Below the pieces are notes generated by a model. It saw only the letters and a program-made list of their open reading frames with translations. It was not told the DNA's origin and made no database searches. Source: the human T2T-CHM13v2.0 reference genome, Homo sapiens. From it: a DNA stretch of 64,000 bases. Positions 40,209-56,008 of this stretch are shown here, piece by piece; positions within the stretch are counted from its first letter, which is position 1; every line of letters starts with the position of its first letter. The stretch is taken from assembly GCF_009914755.1 (NCBI RefSeq), contig NC_060931.1; one strand, given 5' to 3'. The position numbers and the translations under genes were made by a program.

Positions 40209-40896
40209 CTACATCTATTTTGATAGTTATGTCATCTGTATATACTGCTGCACTTCTGTGGTAATATTGAAAATTTTTCAATATATATTCCTGAGCATAA
40301 CTGGACTGTAATTTTCCTTTCTTGTAACCCTAAACTGGTCTTGTTACAGAGGTCATACTAGTTTCACAGAAAGAGTTGGGCAAGGGGTCTTCTCTAGAAA
40401 AACTTCATAATCTGTTCCTTGAAAGTTTGGTAGAATTTTCTTGAAAAACCATATGGGCCTACTAGTTTCTTGATCTGTAGACTTTCAACTACTGATTGAA
40501 TTTCTTTAAAGGCTACAGGACTGTGGATGGCTTCTAATTCTACTTGAGCAGTTTTGGAAAGTTGTATTTTTCTAGAAATCTGTCCATTTCTACTTGTATT
40601 TAAAAATTAGCATAAAGTTTTTCTTATTGTCCTCTTATTTTCTAATTTGATATAATTTTGAATTTACAGAAAATATGCAGGAATAGCCCCCCAAAAACCC
40701 ACTCATTATTTGCATACTTATAGTTACCACTTGTTAACACGAGACACATTTACTTTACCATCTTCATTTTATGTGTCTCTGAACCATCTGAAAGTAAGTT
40801 GCACACATCATGGCTCTGTACCACTAAATAATTAAGTGATCTCCTAGGAATAAAGACATTTTCCTATGTAACCATAGTACAGTTATCAATATTAGA

Positions 40897-41065
40897 ATTT
40901 TTCTTTTTTTTTTTTAAAGAGATAGGGTCTCACTTTGTTGCCCAAGCTGGAGTGCTGTGATGCCATTATAGCCCACTGCAGACTCGAACTCCTGGGCTCA
41001 AGTGATCCTCCCACTTCAGCCTGCTGAGTAGCTAGGATTACACACATGTACCAACATGCCTGGCT
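40897..41065 (-). mobile_element. FRAM/AluJ right arm
   Basis: aactcctgggctcaagtgatcctcccac. Confidence 0.88.
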
Positions 41066-41444
41066 CTGGAGTTTTTAACATTGATCAATTCCTGAACAAT
41101 GGATTGTACATTGTTAATATATAAAAGTACAACTTTTGCATATTATACTGAATTGTACATATTTTTAAACATATATCTTAACTGTACATTACCAATTTAC
41201 AGAAGTACAACTGACTTTTATATATTGACTTAGCCCTAATAGCTTTTGTAGGTTCCAATGGAGTTTCCATATAGTCAATCATGTAATCTATAAAGGTAAT
41301 TTTCTTCACTTCTAAACTGGAATCCTTTTATTTTTCTTGCCTATTCCACTAGCTAGAACAATGTTAAACAGAAGTAGTGAAAACAAAAACAAATCCTTTC
41401 CCTATTTTAGGGGAGAAGCATTAGGGTTCCACCATTAAATATGA

Positions 41445-42031
<587 letters not shown>

Positions 42032-43171
42032 TGATTTTACCTGTTCGTTTTTCTTAGATGCCTTTCATTAGGTTGAGAAAGCTTCCCTCTATATTTCCAG
42101 TTTGCCTAGAACTTTTTATCAGACATAGATGTTGGATTCTGTCAAATGCTGTTCCTGCATGTATTGAGAGGATCATACAAATTTTCTTTTAGAGTTTCCT
42201 GGCTTTCTTCTTCCAGTTAGGCTTATATTAAAACCTCATTGGATCCTCCGTAATTTTTAAATTTCTCTTTCATATTCTTCATAACCTAGTCTTTATGAGG
42301 CATTCTGGATAATTTCACTGATTCTATCTGCCAGACCTCTAATTTGCTCTTTAGCTTTTTGTAATCTTGTGTTTACTGTATCTGCTCTTTTATTTCGACA
42401 ACTTGATTTTTATTTCTAAACGTTCTACTGGTTCATTTTCATATCTACCTAGTAATTTTTAAGTCACTTGTTTCTCAATTTTTTATTCCATATTTTAAAG
42501 TATTTCATTTACAGATACCTTAGATTCTTTATCAGATAATTCTACTATCTGAAATCCATAGCATCCTTGAGAGTCTAAAAGCCATTTTGCATTGTTTTTA
42601 TTTTTTCTGCTCTCATTCACAGATTCTAGTTTATGAGATTGGCAATTTTTTACTGTGAGCTTATATTTGTCTAAACTTAATATAAGAATTCTGGTGGCTA
42701 AAACTAAAAATGTGTTCCTCTACAGAGGAACTGCATTTGTTTCTTACGGGAATGACACGTTGTTACCAATTAAGGATCATGTTAGCCACTACCCTGGGTC
42801 TTGGTGTAATGCAAGACTCTCAAGTTTCTTCTTCCATCTTGCTACATCCCCAAAGCACAGAGTATTGATCCCATCACTGATGTGGGTATTTGACCTCAAG
42901 ACAACCCCATCTTGTGCATTCACCTATCACTCACAAATCCTCACTACAGGTTCAACTATTTTATCTTTACATGTATCTATATATGCATGGATGCCCCTCA
43001 AAGATTCTCTTATTTTTCGCAAGCTTAATAGTACATTAAAAATCATCTTTTTCTAATTTATGTAGAATTTGTATGTACTGTAGTGACACAGCCTTTAAGA
43101 ACATCTGGTCCCTATACAAGTAAAACAAGAAATCCTCTAACCTTTACAGATAAGAGTACTTACTAATAATA

Positions 43172-44521
<1,350 letters not shown>

Positions 44522-45182
44522 TGGTCCTTTGCAAGGTAATTGTAAAAAAAAAACAAAAAAAAAACCAGAAATCTACCTGGTTTATCCCTATTCAATATTT
44601 TAATCAAATTGAGATTCCATAGATAAATAAGTTGAACATTTATCTCATAATATTGAAAAGATTTCAAATTTGGATATCCTAAATTTTTGAGTTACAGTCT
44701 TTAATGCTATTTTCAAATCATTTGATATGTCTAAAAGGGTAAAAGAAAACACATTATTTTTCATAGTTACGATTCTCATTAGTACAGCAACTGAAAATGC
44801 TGAATGCTCTCCAAATTTAGTTTAATGCATCCTATACACATGATTACAAGATTCTGTTTAATGATAAAAACTTCTGGCTTAGAAAATCAAAGTATCATAT
44901 CTATAATCCCCCACACAGCTAAGCTGGCTTAATCCTGCAAATAAGAATCTACAGCCTGTTTTCCAATGTGTGGATCCTTAATAATTTGTCAATAATTTGC
45001 TACACTCACTTTCAAGCAAAGTATTATATAGTACTGGTGATTAGACAGTGATAATAAAACTCTTAACTGGTTTTAAAGATACCAACATTGAATTTCTTAA
45101 TGTCTAATAATCAACCTAAAATTCTAATTTAAAAATGAAATACTGCATCCATTCATATAAACCATAGAAAACAGAATATAGT

Positions 45183-45567
<385 letters not shown>

Positions 45568-46435
45568 TTATCATATAAACTGAAAATAACAGGATAATTT
45601 TATAAGCTAGCCAGAGCATTTATTAATGCAGAAGCAGAATTAGTTATCTCAATTAAAAAATAGCTTTCAAAAGGCTCTACATTTAAACTAAAATACCACT
45701 TAGGTTATGAGCTGAGAGGAATGAAATAATAATAAACTAAAATGTCCCTAAGATTGTTACACCAGATATAATTGGTCAAGTTTTATTTTATATTCAGACC
45801 ATTTATGCCCTCTTTATATTCTGATATATCCTTTATACCATTATAGCCATCAACTGTAAAAACTTCTGAACTAGTAAAGCATTACAGAATCCCACTATCA
45901 TGTGGGATTTTTTTTCCCTTGAACATTCCTAAGATTACACTTTGAACACTAATCTACACAGTTGTCTCTGTCATCTGAAATCAAAATCTTAGCAAAAACC
46001 AAGGCATATTTGGAGGATTACATTGAAAACTAAGTTTTAAAGTAAACCCAAATGTTTATTTTTTGTCTGCTAAAAAAAGTATATACTTTAGAATTAATAA
46101 TTCTCACAAGACTCTGCAGAACACAACTAAGAAATATCATTTTCAAATTGTTATAGCAACAAAATTACCACGTTAGGTCATAACTCACTTTAGTAAAGTG
46201 AGACATATGATTTGATACATTCAGAGGAAATCCTTGACATTAGTTTATTTAAGGAAGCATGATCAATAATTTAAATTTCTGATACTCTACATCAATTAAT
46301 GTACAAGCATATCATGTTATTAGAACTACTGAGTAAAACTGACTTTCTCACATGGCAAGATTCTTTACTAGCTAGCATTTGTTCAGTTTATGAACCCTAT
46401 ATAAAAGTTCCAGCATTAAAGAAAGACTGAACTAG

Positions 46436-46737
<302 letters not shown>

Positions 46738-46814
46738 CGAAACTGAATTAATAATTATGATAGCAAATTGTCAAGTCAGTCTCTGAAATAAGTGTAAATT
46801 ATTTCACTTTCCCT

Positions 46815-46960
46815 CATAATATCTCAGTTCTGTGGGCACTATTATTATCCTCATCTGATATTTGAGATTACATGACCTACCCAAGGTTGCACAATCAGTG
46901 GTAGCAAATCATACCTATCTGATAGCAGGTCAAAATTCTTAATTACTACATTGTCCTGCC
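46815..46960 (-). mobile_element. MIR fragment
   Basis: actattattatcctcat...atgacctacccaaggttgcaca. Confidence 0.6.
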
Positions 46961-47239
46961 CTTGACACTACTTGAATAACTGTTACAAAAGAAGCCCTTT
47001 AAGATTTGGCTTTCCAAATGCTAAAAGCTATACTTACTCTTATGTAAATTATTTTGGACCACTTTTAACATATTTTAGGGATCTGGGCAGACTGACTATA
47101 AAATATAACACATAAAGATTATTAAATAATGAGCGTAGCAGGACAGTTTGTTTTTTCTACAGATGAAGTCTTAGAACATTAACTAATGAAAAATTTTCTC
47201 ACAAACACAGGTTTAAAAAATCTACAGGAAAACATAAAT

Positions 47240-48120
47240 TTAAAAAATGAGTTACCATGACACACCTATTAGAATAGCCGATCTCCAAAACACTGACAAA
47301 TCCAAATATTGGCAAGGATGGGGAACAAAAGTAACTCTCTTTCTTTGCTAATGGGAATACAAAATGATACAGCAACTTTCAAAAACAGTTTGGCAGTTTC
47401 TTACTAAGCTACATATAGTCTAACAATACAGTCAGCAAGCGCAACTCTTATGTATTTACCCAAAAGAGATGAAAATGCAAAAGGCTGAGCAAGAGGTGAA
47501 AACCACACAATAATGTCTACAGTAGCTTTATTCATAACTGGCAAAAACTGGACGCAACCAAAATATCTTTCAATAAATGAATGAATAAACAAACTGAGGT
47601 ATAGCTAGGCAATGGAATATTGTTCAGTGATTAGAAGAAAACTACCAAACCAAAATAAGCCATTGAAGGAACCTTAAACGCATATTGCTAAGTGGAAGAA
47701 GGCATTCAGAAAAGGCAACTTACTGTATAATTCCAATTACATGACATTTTGAAAAAGGCAAAAACTATGAAGACAGTAAAAAGATCAGTGGTTACAGAGG
47801 TTCAGAAGGGAATTCAAGTAGGAATGAATAGGTAGAAAGGAATTTTTTGGGAAGTGAAACTAGTAAAACCATTCTGTGTGATACTGGAATGGTGGATTCA
47901 TGACATACATTTGCATAAAGCATTGTGAACAGTGGTATATTTGTTACAACTGATGAACCACTATTGTTACATTATCAACTGAAGTCCACAGTTTACACAT
48001 TAGAGTTTGCTCTTAGCACGGTATAGTCCCATGGTTCTTGCATAATGCATAACATTGTACTTTCTGCTCAATATTTTGTAAACCTAAAGCTGCCCTAAAA
48101 TCAAAATTAATTTTAAAACA
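47240..48120 (+). mobile_element. L1MC-type 3' end with an internal micro-inversion
   Basis: ggaaccttaaacgcatattgctaagtggaagaag; gaagacagtaaaaagatcagtggtt; ends gtaaacctaaagctgccctaaaa. Confidence 0.85.
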
Positions 48121-48456
48121 ACTCTAGATATTGAACTACAATAAAAGGACAATAATTATAAAAATTATTTAACAAAGGAAAATGTAAAATAAAGGCTTTT
48201 TTGGGTAGAAATAAAACAAGCTGGTAAGAAGAAATGAAATACAGAAATTTCATCATAGCTTACAGTGAATTACAGAAGCATTGAAACCAAATGGTTTGAA
48301 AACAAAGAAATCTGGAAAATATATTCTTAATTTTCCTACTTGATATGGAATTAATAATGTAACTGTTTATAATCCATTTTCTAAACCAAAGAAAACATAT
48401 CTATTAAATTAGCTTTCAGTGAATTTCAAGTACAGACTACTGCTTGTACAAATTTC

Positions 48457-48595
48457 AGCCAAGTGTGGTGGTGCAAACCTGCAGTCACAGCTATTTGGGA
48501 GGCTGAGGCAGGAAGATCACTTCAGCCCAGGAGTTTGAAACCAGCCTGGGCAATACAGTGAGACCCTGACTCATAATAAATAAAACAAAATAATA
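48457..48595 (+). mobile_element. FLAM Alu monomer
   Basis: Single arm with (TAAA) tail. Confidence 0.85.
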
Positions 48596-49687
48596 AAATA
48601 AGTAATTAAAAATTTTACTTTCTCAAAGGCAGCTTTTGAATAAAAAAAAGAAAAAAATTTCAGTACATTTTTTTTAAGTCTGTTATAGACAGATTCCAGT
48701 GTAGAAAAGATACTTGCTAGTAATGATTGCCCTAGGGAAAAAAAGTATTAATTTCTGAACAAATATTATAGGAAGCATATGATGTAATTCTAATATTATT
48801 TCATCCTGAACTAGTTATACTGTTTTACTTCATTTTTAAAATAAATAAAATTTTATTCACAGGTGTAAAAGGCTAAGCCACTAAATTAGAAAGAATTTTC
48901 AATATCAGGATATATCCTTCTTAAATATCTTAAAACTGCAAAAACTTGTAGAGTAAGAAGAACATTCTATTCATAACCTTTTCCTTGAAAAGAGGTTAGA
49001 AAAAGAGATTTTGGTGCATATATCACTCTTCAGTGACTCAAGAGATATATCGTTGTCTACTCAAGTTTGAAATTTCCTAAAGAATATAAGCATTATTATT
49101 TAGGGTCCCCAAATCATTCTAAAAATCCTGAACTTTTTATAAAGGTTCTATTGCCAATGATAATTATCTTAACTAGAAAAATAATGTTCTTACTTGGTAG
49201 TTACATCCTTAGCAAAAATATTTGTTTACAGCTTTATAATAAAGATGTATTTGAAGAAAAAGACCATTCAAAGAAATTGTGCTAAATATTGAGGACCTTA
49301 TGTGCTGTCTTTTGAGGTTTTTTTACTTTTCTCTTGCTCTGGAATTCCCAAGTATGGAGAGGGAAACGTCATTTTGGACTTTTCACAAAAGACTGATCTT
49401 TTCTATAGATAGGTACACTGAATTCCAAGAGACTAAATTTTTTCATAAATATTGCCCTTAAAAAAATTTCAACTAAACTGGTAATTTACATTAAAATTTA
49501 TATATAAATAGGTATGTGTGTGTGGCATAGGAATATATTCTTAAATAGCGTGAGAATAGTGTCTGAAACAGCAATCTTTAATGGTTTTATTTTAATGAGA
49601 AGTTTTTTAAGTACATGAAATAGGTGAATAAAAAGCATATATCCCTATACCTAACAATCCTTTTTAATCAGTAATGATTCATATGCA

Positions 49688-50007
49688 TTTTCTTTCTCTC
49701 TTTCTCTCCTTCTCTCTCTTTCTTCCTGAAAGGGTCTCACTTTATTACTCAGGCTAGAGTGCAGTGGTGCAATCTTAACTGACTATAACCTTGAACTCCT
49801 AGGCTCAAGCAATCCTCCTGCTTCAGACTCCTGAATATCTGGAACTACAGGTGTACACTACCATTCCTGGCTAATTGTTTTAGTTTTTGTAGAGATGTGG
49901 TCTCCCTATGTTGCCCAGGCTGGTTTTAAACTCATGGCATCAAAAGATTCTCTCACCTCAGTCTCCCAAATTATTGGGATTACAGGTATCAGCCACTGTG
50001 CCTGGAC
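49688..50007 (-). mobile_element. AluJ
   Basis: Diverged antisense dimer with CT-rich tail. Confidence 0.9.
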
Positions 50008-51027
50008 TCATACGCATTTAAAATCTGGCCTGCACAAGTTGCCAGTGTTCATTCACCTTAATAATTTATTGTTATCAAGAATTTATATGTGTTTTTATGT
50101 AGAAACTCTACCCAATGTAATAATATTACAAACATAAGCCTCCTAAATAGCAGTATTATTTACTTTTGATATTTTCCTTAGATTCTCCTGAGTACAGTTG
50201 TTTCATTATAACTGTTCTTATGTTGTTTGTAGAATATTAAATTGTTCAAAAGGAATAACAATATGCAAAGTATTTGATAATAAAAGCTCGAAATGAGGCC
50301 ACTGCACATAAAGACTAAATAGATTCATTTGTGTAGAAAGCCAAAACCACAACAAATGAATGAAAACACTGCAAGTATAGTTGTTTGTCTGTAAATATGA
50401 AGGCCCAATATTAATTATCCCATCTAGTAATAAATGCAAAACATGAGTGACTATACACCTTGACAAAAGCATCTCATTGTTTCTTTCACACAATTGAAAG
50501 CCAAGTAGAAAGCAGGGTAAAGTTACTGATATAAATATACGTGCACAAAAGAGTTAACATAACAGGTCTGAGTAGCTATTGTCAGGAAATCCTGATTGCA
50601 AGGTTGGTATTTGGCTAGCATCTAGGAACTCAGATTTTGAGAAGGACCCCATAATTCTCTGTTAAGAGTTGTTCACTGTACCTAAACTGTCTGTGACAAA
50701 CAATATGGTTTATACTGAACACCTGCTTTTCTACTGGGAGTCTAGAATTTTGGTATGTCTTTAGGCATTAACTAACCCCTGATAAAACTCTGGACTCATA
50801 AGCTCAAGTTGAGTTTTCCCAGTAGACAGCACTTTTTGCATGCTGTCATAACTTGCTACTGGAATAATCAAGGGGGTCAAGTCTAACTACAGTGAGAGAG
50901 GACTCTTTGGAAGCTTGCATCTGGTCTCCTCTAGATCTTGCCCCATGCATCTTTTTTTCCTTTTGCTGATTTTGCTGCGCATCCTTTCATTGTCACAAAT
51001 CATAGCCATGAGTACAACTATATGCTG

Positions 51028-53019
51028 GCGATGGCAGGGGCGACCTCTCTGGAGCAGCCACTGCCATGAGGCTGGCTGCAGTGGAGAGCTGGCAGGAGTC
51101 CCACCCACTTCTGAGTTGGAGGGGTGGGACCCTGCCCTCATGGCTACAGCTGCAGCTGCCCAGCCACAGCTGTGGACCCAGGCATCCCTGTGTTCTTGGT
51201 GACCTGGGAAGCCCCCTGCCTCCACAGGCTTGAAAGTGCCTGCTCCCACTGCCTGGCCTCTCCCAACTCCCAGCACCTACTTTGATTTCACAGCACAACT
51301 GAGGCCGAGCCCAGGTGCTGTCACATCTCAGCCAGGTGTGTGCAGACTCAGGGCAGCACACCAGCCCTCTGCCACCTTGGCCCACTCCAGACTTTGGACA
51401 CCAACAAGCATGGGAGGAAGGCCGAGGGAGTGTTGAGGGCAGCTCAGTGAGGGCCTGCAGGTGCCCCGTGGCATGAACAGCCTGAGTGCTGTGGATGACA
51501 GGTTGATGGTGGCAGGAGGCAGAAAGGCTCCTGGGCAGAAATGGGCGAGTCCATGGTGAGGACCAACATTTAAGCCAGGGATCTGAAGCCTGGGGGCTGG
51601 ACTGCCAGTTCTGCGGACTGGAGTGACAAGTTATGGTGCTTTTTCCAGGCCTGCCCATGGCCAACCATGGACAAATCAGCACACCCTTCCTCCCTTCTGA
51701 AGCCCATAAAAACCCCTGACTCAGCCAGACGACAGGACTATCTGCCTGTGGACAGGAGCTACCCACTCTGGGTCTCCTCTGTACTGAGGGCTGCACAAAC
51801 AACGGGATGACCTGCCAGCAGATACAAGCTAAGCACTCTGGGTCTCCTCTCTGCTGAGGGCCACACAGATGTCAGGATGACCAGCTTGCAGATGGGACCT
51901 ACCCACTCCAGGTCTCCTCTCTACTGAAGACTGTACATACATCAAGGTGACCTGCCTGCAGAAGGGACCTACCCACTCTGGGTCTCCTCTCCACTGAGGG
52001 CTGCACAGGTGGCAAGATGACCTACCAGCAGATACAAGCTAACCACTCGAGGTCTCCTCTATGCTGAGGGCTGCGCAGATGACAGGATGACCTGCCCGCA
52101 GGTATAAGCTAACCACTCTAGGTCTCCTCTATGCTGAGGGCTGCATGGATGTCGGGATGACCAGCCTGTGGATGGGACCTACCCACTTCAGATCTCCTCT
52201 ACACTGAGGGCTGCACAGACATCAGGATGGTCTGCCTGTGGAACGGAGCTAAATACTGCAGGTCACCTCTCCACTAAGAGCTGGACACTTGTGGGGACGA
52301 TCTGCTTGCAGAAAGGAGCTACCCACTTTGGGTCTGCCACTCAGTGAAGCTCCTCTCTGCCTTGCTCACCTTCCAGTTGTCCACATACCTCATTCTTCTT
52401 GGATGTGGGACAAGAACTCAGGACCCACCAAATGGCTGGACTAAAAAAGCTGTAACACAAACAGGGATGAAACATGCCTCCACTGCTCACCACATTCTGG
52501 GCAACAAGAAGGAGAGAAGAGCTGTGGCCCTTTGGGAAGCCCACACCTAGATGCACCCCGAGCCAGGGTTGTGACACCTTCTTTGGGATTCTGCAGTTCC
52601 TGGTGTCTCTTGAGTTTCCAGGTGTCACTACATTCCCCTCATCTAGATGTGGGCTACATTCCCCTCATCTAGATGCCTGCAGCATAAGCTGTGTGTAGTA
52701 CATCTGATCCAGCTGCAGTCTCACATGGAGCTAGCACCTGTGCTGACACCTGGAGCTGCCTGCCCTGCCACAGCAGCCAGTGTGCCTGGCTGTGCACAGT
52801 GGCTGGACCCCAAGCTTGTCACTCACATACCACTCACTGCTCTGTCCCTGGCTCATGTTTGTCAGTTGTGGGGTCTGGGCTGGTAGTGTGAGCCAAGTGC
52901 AACCTGCTAGGCCAAGAGGGCGGAACGAGCCCAGCGGGCATGAGCGATATTCAGGCAGAAGGCACCACTGGTCACAGGAGTTTCTGGCTGGCGAAGTGAC
53001 ACCCTAAGGATCCTGTGAC
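51028..53019 (+). mobile_element. MER52-family ERV1 solo LTR (~2 kb)
   Basis: GC-rich; starts gcgatggcagg...ggagcagccactgccat, ends ggcgaagtgacaccctaaggatcctgtgac; cccataaaaacc TATA-like motif near 51705; GCTG at both ends. Confidence 0.85.
51728..52335 (+). repeat. 70-bp tandem repeat, ~8.7 copies, inside MER52
   Basis: ggtctcctct or a close variant recurs at 51771, 51841, 51911, 51981, 52051, 52121, 52191, 52261 and (partial) 52331. Confidence 0.96.
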
Positions 53020-53591
53020 GCTGGGTCCTATCCATCCTCCTAATAAATCATCAAACTTGAGGGCTAGTCCTGGAGGCTTTCCACACAGTATACAAAATAT
53101 TTAATATTGTGGACTTACAAAGGAAATTACCTATACCATAACACTAGAAACTCAGGAAACTTTTTTCTTTGGGCTACTGGAGGTTAGGATTTAACAATCG
53201 GTAGAATCATTATCCTATGAATCATTATCAAAAACACATCAATATAATGAATAAAATGTAGAATCAGGGATTCCTATGCATGGAAAGAATTCTTATGGCC
53301 CATGAGGCTAGTAGATTGGTGGAAGACAGAAAGATCTCAGAATATGGAAAATGAATATAGCAAAGTACTTTATGGGAAAAATCAATGACCTTCAGTAAAC
53401 ACATTATAATGACTTCTATTTAAATGTCGTATTTATCAAAAGTTTTCACCTTATTCTCTAGTGGAAGTTTTAAAGCACTTATAAGCTGTCATTTATATGA
53501 CAGAAAATGAGAAATTAGTATATACATTACAGAAATTAATCTATAAATAATACTATTGCTGGCAGCTACTCCATAAACAAATATGATTACA

Positions 53592-53897
53592 TTTATTTTA
53601 GTTTATTTATTTATTTTTGAGATAGAGTTTCACTCTGTCGCCGAGGCTGGAGTGCAGTGGCGTGACCTCAGCTCACTGCAACCTCTGCCTCCTGGTTGAA
53701 GCAATTCTCCTGCCTCAGCCTCCCGAGTAGCTGGGACTACAGGCATATGCCACCACGCCCGGCTAATTTTTGTATTTTTATTAGAGACAGAATTTCACCA
53801 TATTGGTCAGGCTGGTCTTGAACTCCTCACCTCATGATCCACCCACCTTGGCCTCCCAAAGTGCTGGGATTACAGGCGTGACCCACCACGCCCAGCC
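53592..53897 (-). mobile_element. AluS (Sg-like)
   Basis: Full antisense dimer; TSD atgattacatttat. Confidence 0.95.
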
Positions 53898-53941
53898 CCA
53901 TGATTACATTTATATTGCAAGGAACATTATTATAGTTGTCA

Positions 53942-54211
<270 letters not shown>

Positions 54212-54336
54212 TTACGTACATTATCATCAGCTAGTGGAGGTATTTTGAATGCTCATTGATTAAAAAACCTGCCCAAGGTCACACAATTTGGAATAACCAG
54301 GAGTTAATCCATATTAATGTTTTTTCCACTCCTTCA

Positions 54337-54462
<126 letters not shown>

Positions 54463-54634
54463 TTATGAGTGAGAAAGAACAATGAAAAATAAAGTTTTCC
54501 AAAGGCAAATATATATATATATGTTATTATAAAAACCATACGCAAGCTAAAAAATGAGAAGTTCCTTCTTTAGGAAATAATTTATTGAGTAAGAATCTTA
54601 ACCTTTTATGCTTAAGAAAGAAAGGGAAGCGACA

Positions 54635-54816
54635 CATACCCAGGAAGGATAAAATGGAAATTGATGAAAATGGTTTCCTACAAGAGGTGTGAGAATGGTG
54701 GGAAATGAAACAGGTGAAAGGTACAGGGATGGAGGTGAGTCTTCCTCTGTTTCCTACCACTCTCATGCCTCTTGTAGGAAACCATCTTCACTAATTTCCC
54801 ATTTATCCTGTGTATG
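54635..54816. repeat. Inverted repeat, ~70-bp arms, ~45-nt spacer
   Basis: Perfect 18-bp core atggtttcctacaagagg (54670-54687) / cctcttgtaggaaaccat (54768-54785). Confidence 0.93.
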
Positions 54817-55712
54817 CACATGTGTGTGTATGTGTGTTGTATCCCCTTTCTTAAAAAAAAAAAAAACCCTAAAACTGAACATAAACACATACCGAAACAA
54901 ATAAAACTAACTGTATATCAAATTGACAATATAACCACACAGGAGGAAAACAATTTTAATTCACGGAATTTTTACTTACAGAACGCTGACTTTAGTGAGA
55001 CACATTTATGCACAAAAAAATTACAAAGAAATACTGAACTTTATTAAATAGATTTTTGCTGGATGTGGTATTGAAGTAGTAATCCTGAAACTAGTTTAGG
55101 TATATTTTGGAATGGAGCAAAATAAGGTTCTCAGTGTAAACAGAATAAAGACACAAATACGTAACAGGAATCAGAGGTATTTCCCCACTCTATCCACTGG
55201 AAAGTCAGAGAGACAATGGTTCCTCAATAGTAATAAGTATATGTAGTGTCCAAATTTTGATTTCTAAGACCATTCTCCAATAAAAACAAAGCAGGATTCA
55301 GTGGAAAAAAGAGTGATTTCATATTTGGAGCAGTGAAAATACAAGGTGAATGTGGTAGATATTGTGCCAGTGAGCAATAAAGTATTTGAAGACAAATGAA
55401 ATTTTTCAAAAGGATACATCAAGTTGACTGGAGGGGGCTTCCACAACACAAATTTCAGAGAATTTGGCCATCCAAAATAATACTGATGGTAATGAATTAT
55501 AAAACAATGATTAAAAAATAATTCATGAGTACACAGTGAAACTCAAATGTTTAAAAAGGATGGAAATGCTCTTTACAAAAGAGTATCAGCTAATAAATGC
55601 AGAAAGAATGACAGAATTAGAAAAAAAAATCACCATTTTACAACTACTGGTTGCAAAGTTAATTAAGACAAAGAGTATCGATGGATACCAAAACACTAAG
55701 TGAAATGTTATT

Positions 55713-56008
<296 letters not shown>

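Larger units (their letters stand above)
50540..53087 (+). mobile_element. MER21-like LTR, split by MER52 (pieces 50540-51027 and 53020-53087)
   Basis: Starts gtgcacaaaagagttaacataacagg; gagtacaactatatgctg continues as gctgggtcctatccatcctcctaataaatcatcaaacttgaggg...acaca. Confidence 0.75.

Noticed and set aside
50993-51802. Longest ORF in the track (269 aa, minus strand)
   Set aside because: Almost entirely within the GC-rich MER52 LTR, no ATG start and no recognisable domain; long stop-free stretches are expected at this GC content.
51728-52335. Regular 70-bp periodicity as a CRISPR-like array
   Set aside because: Whole units are homologous with no unique spacers, there are no cas genes, and the context is a human LTR.
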